This document shows positions 28,968 to 38,127 of a DNA stretch of 64,000 bases, one piece after another. The position numbers and the translations under genes were made by a program. The notes beneath the pieces are model-generated. The model was not told the origin of the DNA. It did no database searches and was given only the letters and a program-made list of their open reading frames with translations. The stretch comes from an uncultured Chloroflexia bacterium (GTDB lineage Bacteria > Chloroflexota > Limnocylindria > QHBO01), in NCBI GenBank assembly GCA_963814375.1, contig CAWFCQ010000003.1, forward strand, positions 96,001 through 160,000, read 5' to 3'. Position 1 is the stretch's first letter; each line of letters begins with the position of its first letter.

Positions 28968-31355
28968 ATGAGCTTCGGCACGACGAACGGCCACCCCACC
29001 AACGGCAATGGCGCCGGTGACGGCAAGGTCACCGACTACACGCCTATCTGGCCGATGGTGCCCGGGACCCGGAAGATCGCCGTCACCATCAACGGCGCCC
29101 AGGTCGAGGCCGAGGAGGGCCAGACCATCCTCCAGGCCTGCCGGGTGCTCGGCATCGAGGTCCCGACGCTGTGCTACGAGCCGAAGCTGGCGCCCTACGG
29201 GGCATGCCGCATCTGCGCGGTTGAGGTCGAGGGCCAGGACGACACGCCGATCTCGTGCGGTACCGCGATCACCGAGGGGATGGTCATCACCACCCACTCC
29301 GACCGGGTCGTCGAGAACCGTCGGATGGTGCTCGAGCTCATCTTCAGTGACCACGACGCGTACTGCCTGCCGCCCTGCCAGTTCAAGTGCCCGACCCGGG
29401 TCGACATTCCGGGCTACCTGAAGCAGAACACCCTGGGCAACTGGGAGGAGGCGACGCGCATCCTGAAGCGCTCCCTCCCGTTCCCGGCCATCCTCGGCCG
29501 CGTCTGCCCGGCGCCGTGCGAGACGCACTGCCGGCGCGAGGAAGTCGACACCGCCATCGCCATCCGCGACTCGCATCGGTACTGCGCCGACCGTGTGCTC
29601 GAAGTCGACGCTCCCGCGCCGATCCCGTGGCCGAAGGAGCCGGACACCGGGCGTCGAGTCGCGGTCATCGGCGCCGGCCCGGCCGGCATGAGCGTCGCCT
29701 ACTATCTCCAGCTGCGCGGGCACCACTGCGACGTCTTCGAGGCCGATCCTGAGCAGGGCGGCATGCTCCGCTACGGGATCCCGCAGTACCGCCTGCCGAA
29801 GGGCTGGATGGACCGCGAGCTCAACCACGTGTGGGAGCTGGGCGCGACCTTCCGCCCGAACATGCGGCTCGGGCGCGACTTCCATCTCGGCGACATCATC
29901 GACGAGTACGACGCGATCTACGTCGGCATCGGCTGCTACAAGCCGAACGAGCTCGGGATCCCGGGCGAGGAAGCCGACGGCATGGTCAACGCGTTGGAGA
30001 ACCTCTACAACTCGACGCGCGGAATTCCCGTGCCGCGGCTGAAGGGCGCGCGGGTGGTCGTCATCGGCGGGGGCTTCACGGCCATCGACTGCACGCGGAC
30101 CTCGGTGCGTCAGGGCGCCGCGGAGGTGACGCTCGTCTACCGCCGCGACCTGAAGGACATGCCCGCCGCGGACGAGGCGCACGAGGCGATCGAGGAGGGA
30201 GCGCGCCTCATCTTCCAGGCGGCGCCTACACGCATCGTCACCGACAACAAGAACAAGGTCACCGGCGTCGAGTTCCAGCGCATGAAGCTGGGCGAGCCGG
30301 ACGCCCAGGGCCGCCGCCGACCGGAGCCGATGCCGGGCACCGAGTTCATCGTCGAGTGCGACACCGTCCTCGGCGCCATCGGCCAGGGTCCGGAGCTGTC
30401 CTGGATCGAGTCGGAGCCCGACGAGCTCAAGGCCGGCCTCGAGGTCGACCGCCGCGGCAACCTCGTCAGCGAGGAGCACATCTTCCGCACCAACGTGCCG
30501 AAGATCTTCGCCTCCGGCGACGTGCGCACCGGCGCCGCCACCGTGGTGGAAGCGATCGGCGAGGGTCGCCGCGCCTCGTACGCGATGGACTACTGGCTGC
30601 GCGGCCACGACCTCGACGACCCGCAGGTGCGGCGCATCGTCACCGAGCCGCAGCCCAACTTCCTCACGATCGTGCCCTTCACCGACGACGTGAAGGAGCC
30701 GCGGGCGATCATGGGCAAGCAGGAGGCGGACGAGCGCAAGGGCAACTTCAACGAGTACGAGTTCGGCTACACCGGCGACCAGGCCATGGCCGAGGCGTCG
30801 CGCTGCCTCCAGTGCACCTGTGAGGCGATCGGCCACTGCGACCTGCGCGAGGCGGCGATCGAGTACGAGACGACGCTCAACATGGCGATCGACGAGCGCT
30901 CGATCCAGGACAACCCGTACGTCGGCGTCAACCACGGCTACGGCCGCGACGAGACCCACTCCTTCATCCTGCGCGACTACTCGCGCTGCATCGACTGCGG
31001 TCGATGCGCCCAGGTGTGCAAGGAGATCGTCGGCGCCGGCTGCTATGACTTCATCGGCAAGGGCTTCGACTCGCTGGTCACCACCGCCGACTACGTCAGC
31101 CTCAACGAGACGCCGTGCGTTTCCTGCGGCCGATGCGCGGAGACCTGCCCCGTCGGCGCCCTCATGCCGCGCCCGCGCATCCTCGAGACCTACCAGCTCG
31201 ACGTGTCGCGCTGCATCTTCTGCGGCATCTGCGCCGATGCCTGCCCGTACGACGCCCTGCGCTGCGGCCCCGAGTTCGAGTTCAGCGAGTATCAGCGCGA
31301 CCTGCCCATGCTCGACATCCTCGAGATGTCCGACCGGGAGCGACCTACCCGCTAG
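28968..31355 (+). CDS. NuoG-N/GltD (StnC/NsoC-like) FAD-NADPH Fe-S flavoprotein fused to the NuoI C-terminal half
   Basis: 2Fe-2S (PTLCY...GACRIC...SC); SDH...CLQCTC...CDL; GltD domain (PCQFKCP, GRVCPAPCE, GAGPAG, GGGFTA, YRR, GDV); 2x[4Fe-4S]; tail YQLDVSRCIFCGICADACPYDAL...EFEFSEYQR. Confidence 0.88.
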   Translation: MSFGTTNGHPTNGNGAGDGKVTDYTPIWPMVPGTRKIAVTINGAQVEAEEGQTILQACRVLGIEVPTLCYEPKLAPYGACRICAVEVEGQDDTPISCGTAITEGMVITTHSDRVVENRRMVLELIFSDHDAYCLPPCQFKCPTRVDIPGYLKQNTLGNWEEATRILKRSLPFPAILGRVCPAPCETHCRREEVDTAIAIRDSHRYCADRVLEVDAPAPIPWPKEPDTGRRVAVIGAGPAGMSVAYYLQLRGHHCDVFEADPEQGGMLRYGIPQYRLPKGWMDRELNHVWELGATFRPNMRLGRDFHLGDIIDEYDAIYVGIGCYKPNELGIPGEEADGMVNALENLYNSTRGIPVPRLKGARVVVIGGGFTAIDCTRTSVRQGAAEVTLVYRRDLKDMPAADEAHEAIEEGARLIFQAAPTRIVTDNKNKVTGVEFQRMKLGEPDAQGRRRPEPMPGTEFIVECDTVLGAIGQGPELSWIESEPDELKAGLEVDRRGNLVSEEHIFRTNVPKIFASGDVRTGAATVVEAIGEGRRASYAMDYWLRGHDLDDPQVRRIVTEPQPNFLTIVPFTDDVKEPRAIMGKQEADERKGNFNEYEFGYTGDQAMAEASRCLQCTCEAIGHCDLREAAIEYETTLNMAIDERSIQDNPYVGVNHGYGRDETHSFILRDYSRCIDCGRCAQVCKEIVGAGCYDFIGKGFDSLVTTADYVSLNETPCVSCGRCAETCPVGALMPRPRILETYQLDVSRCIFCGICADACPYDALRCGPEFEFSEYQRDLPMLDILEMSDRERPTR

Positions 31356-31370
31356 ACCGGTGCGGCGGGC

Positions 31371-31446
31371 GGCGTTGATGGGCTCCCGGAAGTGTCGGCG
31401 GCTCGCGCTTCGCTAGCTCGCCGGCGACCCTTCCGGCCGCTGCCCG
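31371..31446. terminator. Hairpin between convergent genes, possible bidirectional terminator or REP-like element
   Basis: CGGGCGGCG/CGCTGCCCG, CCGGAAG/CTTCCGG and GTCGGCG/CGCCGGC nested pairings. Confidence 0.45.
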
Positions 31447-31555
31447 AACCGCTTGGAGATCGTGTTTTATTCGATGGCGGCCGTGAGCCACCAGGTCCGC
31501 CACCGCCGTGCGCCGACCCGCGGTCCTGCGAGTAGGGGCGCGCGGGCGACTGTTC

Positions 31556-31927
31556 TCAGAACTTGTTCAGGTTGACCTGCCACTCGTCGCAGTCGCTGAC
31601 GACGGTGATGGTGTACTCGCCCTCGATCAGGTCGTTCACGAACGAGGTCGTGACGCGCTGCTGCTGCTCGTAGGTGAAGCCACCGTCGACCGAGGTGATC
31701 GAGACGACGACGTCCTCGCAGGTTGGTGCGGTGTACGAGAGGCGGTAGCGACCTGCCTGAAGCGGGAACGTCGTCCCCTCCTCGTCCTCCGACGTCGCTC
31801 TCGCGGCCTCGGGAAATTCCGAGGCGCCGTCATCGCCGCCTCCGCCACCACCACCTCCGCCGCACGCGGCGAGAAGCACGGTCAACGAAAGGAGCGCGAG
31901 CAGCGTGGTCCGTCTCAGCATCTCCAC
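31556..31927 (-). CDS. Small lipoprotein of unknown function
   Basis: AGGAGG RBS, signal peptide with lipobox LAAC, Gly linker and a beta-rich domain with two Cys. Confidence 0.8.
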   Translation of the reverse strand: MEMLRRTTLLALLSLTVLLAACGGGGGGGGGDDGASEFPEAARATSEDEEGTTFPLQAGRYRLSYTAPTCEDVVVSITSVDGGFTYEQQQRVTTSFVNDLIEGEYTITVVSDCDEWQVNLNKF

Positions 31928-32109
31928 GGGTCCTCCTACCCTCCAGAGCTCGGGGTTGGTCCGTTACGGGGAACCGCTTTGCTGTTGTGTGCGCGCTACC
32001 TTAGGCGAGCCCTCGACCGCCGCGCAATGGATTCGGCCGCTACGCTAGAATCGAGCGCGGCCCAGGATCGGGCCGCGAACGCTCGAACCTTCCTGTGGGA
32101 GCCACGGCC

Positions 32110-32619
32110 CTGGACATCTCCAGCGTTCTTTTTTACCTGCTCGCGATCGGCGTCGTGGGCGCCGGGCTCGCGGTGGTCACGCTGCGCAACATCATCCACT
32201 CGGCCGTGGCGATGATGGTCTGCTTCGGTTCACTGGCTGGCATGTACGCCCTCCTGGGTGCTCCGATCGTGGCTGCCGCGCAGGTGCTCATCTACCTCGG
32301 CGCGATCAGCGTCCTGATCCTCTTCGCCATCATGCTCACCCAGGCGGGCGACGCGAACCTGCCCGCGCCGTTCCACCGACAGCTGCCGATCGCGGTCGTG
32401 GTCGCCCTTGCGGTCACCGGCCTGGTCGGATGGGCGGTGGTCCAGACCGACTGGCAGATGGCCGCCGAGGTCACCGGCGCCGCGGTCGAGGCCATTGCGA
32501 CGGCTGTCTTCACGACCTATGCGCTGCCGTTCGAGATCATCAGCCTGCTTCTCCTCGTCGCGATCATCGGTGCCATCTTCCTGGCGCGCCGCCCGGAAGA
32601 GGACGAGCGCGCGAACTGA
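32110..32619 (+). CDS. nuoJ: Complex I subunit J (CTG 32110 or GTG 32095 start)
   Basis: NIIHSAV, AQVLIYLGAISVL, PFEIISLLLLVAIIGA. Own -10 TAGAAT at 32046. Confidence 0.93.
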   Translation: MDISSVLFYLLAIGVVGAGLAVVTLRNIIHSAVAMMVCFGSLAGMYALLGAPIVAAAQVLIYLGAISVLILFAIMLTQAGDANLPAPFHRQLPIAVVVALAVTGLVGWAVVQTDWQMAAEVTGAAVEAIATAVFTTYALPFEIISLLLLVAIIGAIFLARRPEEDERAN

Positions 32620-32622
32620 CCG

Positions 32623-32928
32623 ATGGGGATCCAGGGCTATCTCATCGTCTCGGCGCTGCTGTTCGGCATCGGCGCGTTCGGGTTCATGGTGCGCCGCAAC
32701 GCGATCCTCATGCTCATCAGCATCGAGCTCATGTTCAACGCGGTGAACCTGAGCCTCGTGGCCTTCAACGCCTATCTCCCGCCCGATGCGAATGCCGGCG
32801 CCGTCTTCGCGCTCATGATCATGGCCGTCGCCGCCGCCGAGGTGACGGTCGGGCTGGCCCTCGTGATCGCGATCATCCGTACGCGCCAGACGGCCGAGGT
32901 CGACCAGTACGCCGATCTGAAGGAGTAG
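32623..32928 (+). CDS. nuoK: Complex I subunit K
   Basis: RRNAI..LISIELMFNAVN, VAAAEVTVGLA. Confidence 0.96.
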   Translation: MGIQGYLIVSALLFGIGAFGFMVRRNAILMLISIELMFNAVNLSLVAFNAYLPPDANAGAVFALMIMAVAAAEVTVGLALVIAIIRTRQTAEVDQYADLKE

Positions 32929-32932
32929 CCCG

Positions 32933-35131
32933 ATGCCCATCGAGCTGCTGATCGCCCTCATTCCGGCGCTGCCCCTCGCCGGGTTCCTGTTCGCCGTGCT
33001 CGTCGGGCCGCGCATCGACCGCGTCCCGTCCCACGGTCACGACGAGCATCACGACGACGGCCACGCGAGCCACGATGATCACGGGCCGATCGACGACTCG
33101 AGCTTCCGCGGCATCCCGACCGAGGAGGAGCAGGCGGCGACCAGCCCGCACGCCGGGCACGCCGACGATCTCGCCAATGCCGAGGGCGCCGCCGGCGTCA
33201 TTCCCGCCGACATGAACGACGGCCTCGGGCAGGCCGGGCACGTGACCCCGGGCGGCCCGAAGCCTCGCTACCTGTCGTGGATCGTGCCGACCGGCCTGGT
33301 CGGGATCGGCTGGGTCATCAGCATGATCGTCGTCGCCGACGTGATCTTCGGCGGCAACGAGTACGAGGTGACGCTCTACGAGTGGATCGCATCGGGCGAC
33401 TTCCACGTCGAGATCAGCTTCCTCGTTGACAGCCTCACGGCGATGCTCCTGCTGGTCGTGAGCACGGTCGGGTTCCTCGTGCACGTCTACAGCATCGGCT
33501 ACATGGACGGCGACCGCGGGTTCTGGCGCTTCTTCGCCTACCTCAACCTGTTCATGTTCTCGATGCTGCTCCTCATCCTGGGCGACAACTTCCTGATGCT
33601 GTACGTCGGCTGGGAGGCGGTCGGCCTGTGCAGCTACGCGCTCATCGGCTTCTGGTACAAGAAGCCGTCGGCGGCGGGAGCCGCCAAGAAGGCGTTCGTC
33701 GTCAACCGCATCGGCGACCTGGGCTTCGGCCTGGGCGTGATGATGATCTGGGTCAACCTCGGCACGCTGAGCTTCCACGAGGTTTTCGAGACCATCGGCA
33801 CGCTCGACGAGGGCACGGTGACGGTCATCGCCCTCCTGCTCTTCGCCGGCGCCGTGGGCAAGTCAGCCCAGTTTCCGCTCCACGTCTGGCTGCCGGATGC
33901 CATGGAAGGGCCGACCCCCGTCAGCGCCCTCATCCACGCCGCGACGATGGTCAACGCCGGCGTGTACATGGTCGCTCGCGCCAACCCGATCTTCGCCGAG
34001 GCGCCGACCGCGATGCTGACCGTCGCCACCATCGGCGCATTCACCGCCATCTTCGCCGCGGCCATCGCACTGACCCAGAACGACATCAAGAAGGTCCTCG
34101 CCTACAGCACCGTCAGCCAGCTGGCCTACATGTTCCTGGCGCTCGGTGTCGGAGCCTGGGTCTCGGCCATCTTCCACCTCGTCAGCCACGGCTTCTTCAA
34201 GGGCCTGCTGTTCATGGGCTCCGGCTCCGTCATCCACGGGGCCGGCGGCGAGCAGGACATGCGGTACATGGGCAACCTGCGGGCGAGGATGCGCTGGACC
34301 TACGTGACGATGGTCATCGGCTCGCTGGCCCTGGCCGGCATCCCGCTCTTCGCCGGCTTCTTCAGCAAGGACGAGATCCTGGCCGAGACCTTCAACCGCG
34401 GCTACTACGTCTTCTACCTGATCGGCGTGATCGTGGCCTTCATGACCGCCTTCTACACGTTCCGGATGATCTTCATGACGTTCTGGGGTGAGTGGCGCGG
34501 GCCGGCCGCGATCTGGGAGCACGTCCACGAGAGCGCGGTGACCATGGTCGCGCCGCTCGTGCTCCTGTCGGTGCCCACGATCTTCGCCGGGCTTCTGCTG
34601 GGCATCCCGCCGGAGGGCGGCGTCATCCACACCTGGCTGGAGGAGGTCTTCCACGCTTCGGAGGAGGCCGGAGCGGGCATCCAGCCGGGCTCGATCGCAG
34701 CGACGAGCCACGAGGGGTTCCAGCTCCTCGGCTTCGGCGGCCTGCTGCTCGGCAGCGGCGCGCTGGTGGCGGCGCTCGGCGTCTGGCTGGCCTATCGCTG
34801 GTACGTCCGTGATCCCGAGGCGCCGGCCCGCTTCGTCGAGCGCTTCCCAGCCGGGCTCGGCCCGGGGATGTATCGGGCCAGCGTCAACAAGTACTACGTC
34901 GACGACATTTACGGGCTCGTGTTTGCCCGTGGCGGCGTCCTGCTGGCCGAGGCGCTGTGGTGGTTCGACGCGAGGATCATCGACGGCATCGTGAACGGCG
35001 CCGGCTGGCTGGCCTCGACCATCGGTGGTGGCCTGCGCAAGGTCCAGACCGGACGGGTCGAGAACTACGGGCTCGGCATCGCGGCCGGGCTGGCCGTGGT
35101 GCTCCTCGCCTACGCGACGGTGGTGCGCTGA
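32933..35131 (+). CDS. nuoL: Complex I subunit L with a His/acidic insertion after TM1
   Basis: YSIGYM, GWEAVGLCSY, NRIGD, GKSAQFPLHVWLPDAMEGPTPVSALIHAATMV, AYSTVSQ. Confidence 0.96.
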   Translation: MPIELLIALIPALPLAGFLFAVLVGPRIDRVPSHGHDEHHDDGHASHDDHGPIDDSSFRGIPTEEEQAATSPHAGHADDLANAEGAAGVIPADMNDGLGQAGHVTPGGPKPRYLSWIVPTGLVGIGWVISMIVVADVIFGGNEYEVTLYEWIASGDFHVEISFLVDSLTAMLLLVVSTVGFLVHVYSIGYMDGDRGFWRFFAYLNLFMFSMLLLILGDNFLMLYVGWEAVGLCSYALIGFWYKKPSAAGAAKKAFVVNRIGDLGFGLGVMMIWVNLGTLSFHEVFETIGTLDEGTVTVIALLLFAGAVGKSAQFPLHVWLPDAMEGPTPVSALIHAATMVNAGVYMVARANPIFAEAPTAMLTVATIGAFTAIFAAAIALTQNDIKKVLAYSTVSQLAYMFLALGVGAWVSAIFHLVSHGFFKGLLFMGSGSVIHGAGGEQDMRYMGNLRARMRWTYVTMVIGSLALAGIPLFAGFFSKDEILAETFNRGYYVFYLIGVIVAFMTAFYTFRMIFMTFWGEWRGPAAIWEHVHESAVTMVAPLVLLSVPTIFAGLLLGIPPEGGVIHTWLEEVFHASEEAGAGIQPGSIAATSHEGFQLLGFGGLLLGSGALVAALGVWLAYRWYVRDPEAPARFVERFPAGLGPGMYRASVNKYYVDDIYGLVFARGGVLLAEALWWFDARIIDGIVNGAGWLASTIGGGLRKVQTGRVENYGLGIAAGLAVVLLAYATVVR

Positions 35132-36651
35132 TGGACGGCGTCCCCCTGCTCACCCTGATCGTCTTCATGCCCGCACTCGGCGCGCTCCTCCTGCTGTTCG
35201 TGCCGGCCGACAACCATCGCGCCATCCGATGGATCGCCCTCGCCACGGCGCTGCTCACCTTTGCGCTCAGCCTGGTCCTGCTCGGCTACAACCCCGACGG
35301 CAGCGAGTTCCAGTTCCGCGAGGACCTCGAGTGGATCGACTTCTTCGGCATGCGCTACACGCTCGGCGTGGACGGCATCAGCGTCGTGCTGGTGATCCTG
35401 ACCACGCTGCTGAGCGTCGTGGCCATCCGCTACAGCTGGGAGCCGATCCAGACGAAGGTGCGGGCCTACTACGCCACGATGCTGGTGCTGATGGTCGGCA
35501 TGCTCGGCGTGTTCGTCGCCCTCGACCTCTTCCTCTTCTACGTCTTCTGGGAAGTCAGCCTCTTCCCGATGTACTTCGTCATCGGCGTCTGGGGCGGCCC
35601 GCGTCGCATCTACGCCACGGTGAAGTTCGTCATCTACACCCTGGTCGGCTCGCTGCTCATGCTCGTCGCCATCCTGGCCGTGGCGATCGCGTACGCATCG
35701 GCCGGCAACCCGTTCACCTTCAGCTACGAGGCGCTCCGCGGCTTCGCCTACGCCGATTCGCTCCAGGCCGTCGCATTCATCGCCTTCTTCCTCGCCTTCG
35801 CCATCAAGGTGCCGATGTGGCCGCTCCACACCTGGCTGCCCGATGCGCACGTCGAGGCCCCCACCGCCGGCTCGATCATCCTGGCTGGCGTGCTGCTCAA
35901 GCTCGGCGGCTACGGCTTCCTGCGCTACAACCTGCCGCTCCTGCCCGATGCCGCCGTGACCTTCGCGCCGATCATCATCGGGTTGAGCATCATCGCCATC
36001 ATCTACGGCGGCCTGGTGGCGATGGTGCAGCCCGACATGAAGAAGCTGGTGGCGTACTCGAGCGTGAGCCACATGGGCTTCGTCATGCTCGGCGCGTTCG
36101 TCTTCAACACCCAGGGCCTCCAGGGCGCCGTCTACCAGATGATCAGCCACGGCATCACGACCGGTGCGCTGTTCCTGCTGGTGGGCATCATCTACGAGCA
36201 GACCCACGATCGCGAGATCTCGCACATGGGCGGCCTCAACGCCCGGCTGCCCCACTACGCGGCCATGTTCGGCCTCTTCACCTTCGCCAGCATCGGGCTG
36301 CCTGGGCTGTCGGGGTTCATCGGCGAGTTCCTCGTCATCTTGGGCGCCTTCGAGTCGAACGGCTTCGTGGCGGCGGCGGCGATGGTGGTGGTCATCATCA
36401 GCGCGGTCTACATGCTGTGGATGTTCCAGCGCGTCTTCTTCACTGTGCCATCCGATTGGATGCGCCGATGGTGGCCGTCGCTGCGCGACATGAGCAGCGG
36501 CGAGTGGCAGTCGCTCGCGCCGCTGGTGGTGCTGGTCGTGGCGCTGGGGGTCTATCCCGGACCGATCCTCGAGATCATCAGCGCGCCGGTCGAGCGAATC
36601 ATCGAGGCGGTCAACGGCGCCGGGCTCACCGGCCTCGGGCCGCTGTGGTGA
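35131..36651 (+). CDS. nuoM: Complex I subunit M
   Basis: DLFLFYVFWE, IKVPMWPLHTWLPDAHVEAPT, AYSSVSHMG, GLPGLSGFIGE. Confidence 0.96.
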   Translation: MDGVPLLTLIVFMPALGALLLLFVPADNHRAIRWIALATALLTFALSLVLLGYNPDGSEFQFREDLEWIDFFGMRYTLGVDGISVVLVILTTLLSVVAIRYSWEPIQTKVRAYYATMLVLMVGMLGVFVALDLFLFYVFWEVSLFPMYFVIGVWGGPRRIYATVKFVIYTLVGSLLMLVAILAVAIAYASAGNPFTFSYEALRGFAYADSLQAVAFIAFFLAFAIKVPMWPLHTWLPDAHVEAPTAGSIILAGVLLKLGGYGFLRYNLPLLPDAAVTFAPIIIGLSIIAIIYGGLVAMVQPDMKKLVAYSSVSHMGFVMLGAFVFNTQGLQGAVYQMISHGITTGALFLLVGIIYEQTHDREISHMGGLNARLPHYAAMFGLFTFASIGLPGLSGFIGEFLVILGAFESNGFVAAAAMVVVIISAVYMLWMFQRVFFTVPSDWMRRWWPSLRDMSSGEWQSLAPLVVLVVALGVYPGPILEIISAPVERIIEAVNGAGLTGLGPLW

Positions 36652-36662
36652 GGGGCTGACGG

Positions 36663-38123
36663 ATGGACATGGTCGACGACCTCGTCACTCTCCTGCCGGA
36701 GCTGATCCTGACGGTGCTCGTCCTCGTCATCATCACCACGGACCTCTTCATCTCGCGCGCGAACAAGTGGCTGCTGACCCCGCTCACCGTGGCCGGCCTC
36801 ATCCTGGCCGGGGCGGCGTGCTTCGTGGTGTGGGACGTCAACGAGACGGTGTACGGCGGCTTCTACGTCGTCGACGACCTGTCGGTGTTCCTGAAGGGCG
36901 CCACCATCCTGATCGGCATCCTCTCCGCCCTCTTCGCGCCGGCCTACCTCCTCGTCCGACGCATCCCGCTCGGCGAGTTCAACACGATCCTGGTGACCGC
37001 GCTCATCGGCATGTGCGTGCTGGCCTCGAGCAGCGACTTCATCACCCTCTTCCTGGGCCTCGAGCTGATGACGATGCCGTCCTACCTGCTGACCGGGCTC
37101 CACAAGACCGACCGATACAGCAACGAGGGCGGGCTCAAGTACTTCCTGCTCGGCAGCTTCGCCAGCGCCATCCTCCTGTTCGGCGTAGCCTGGATGTACG
37201 GCCTCACCGGCACCACGAACATCGGCGCCATCGCGGCGTCGCTCGACGGCCAGATGAGCGCCGGCATCCTGGTGGCGGTCGGGTTCCTGACCGTGGGCGC
37301 GACCTTCAAGATCGCGGCGGTGCCGTTCCACTACTGGACGCCGGACGCCTACCAGGGCGCCCCGACACCCATCACCGGATTCCTCTCGGTCGGCCCCAAG
37401 CTCGGCGCCTTCGCGCTCGTGATCCGGATCTTCGTCGAGGCCCTGGCCCCGTTGCGGACCGATTGGCTGGCGGTGTTCCTGGTCCTGACGGTGCTGACCA
37501 TGACGATCGGCAACGTGGTGGCGCTGACGCAGACCAACGTCAAGCGGATGCTGGCCTACTCGAGCATCGCCCACACCGGCTACATCATGGCCGGCCTCGC
37601 CGCGTACGCGAACGCGACCGATCCGGAGGCCGCGGCCCAGGGCATCCAGGCGGTCCTCTTCTACCTCCTCGCCTACGCGGTCATGAACATCGCGGCCTTC
37701 GCGATGGTGGCGATGCTCCAGCGCGACACGGGCCGCTTCGGTGGGCTCAACTCCTTCGCCGGCCTCGCCTCGCGCGCCCCGTGGCACGCCGCCGCGATGA
37801 CCGTGCTGCTGCTGAGCCTGACCGGAATTCCCCCTACCGTCGGCTTCTTCGCGAAGCTCCTCATCCTGCTCGCCACGGTCGAGTCCGGGCTCATCTGGCT
37901 GGCGGTCGTCGTCGCGCTCAACGCGGCGCTGGCGGCGTTCTACTACCTGCGCGTCGTGGTCTACATGTACATGCGCGATCCCGAGCCGGAGCCCGCTCCG
38001 ATCGACACCAACCCGTTCGGCTCGGTGGCCCTGGCCGTCTCGGTGGCCGGCGTGATCGCGCTCGGGATCTTCCCGGGAGCCATCCTGCGCCTGGTCGAGG
38101 TCTCTGCGGCCAGTATCTTCTAG
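36663..38123 (+). CDS. nuoN: Complex I subunit N
   Basis: EGGLKYF, FKIAAVPFHYWTPDAYQGAP, KRMLAYSSIAH, GIPPTVGF. Confidence 0.96.
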   Translation: MDMVDDLVTLLPELILTVLVLVIITTDLFISRANKWLLTPLTVAGLILAGAACFVVWDVNETVYGGFYVVDDLSVFLKGATILIGILSALFAPAYLLVRRIPLGEFNTILVTALIGMCVLASSSDFITLFLGLELMTMPSYLLTGLHKTDRYSNEGGLKYFLLGSFASAILLFGVAWMYGLTGTTNIGAIAASLDGQMSAGILVAVGFLTVGATFKIAAVPFHYWTPDAYQGAPTPITGFLSVGPKLGAFALVIRIFVEALAPLRTDWLAVFLVLTVLTMTIGNVVALTQTNVKRMLAYSSIAHTGYIMAGLAAYANATDPEAAAQGIQAVLFYLLAYAVMNIAAFAMVAMLQRDTGRFGGLNSFAGLASRAPWHAAAMTVLLLSLTGIPPTVGFFAKLLILLATVESGLIWLAVVVALNAALAAFYYLRVVVYMYMRDPEPEPAPIDTNPFGSVALAVSVAGVIALGIFPGAILRLVEVSAASIF

Positions 38124-38127
38124 GCGG

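Noticed and set aside
31930-32010. Possible c-di-GMP riboswitch upstream of the lipoprotein gene (GCAAA motif)
   Set aside because: It lacks the GEMM P1/P2 stems and tetraloop-receptor pattern.
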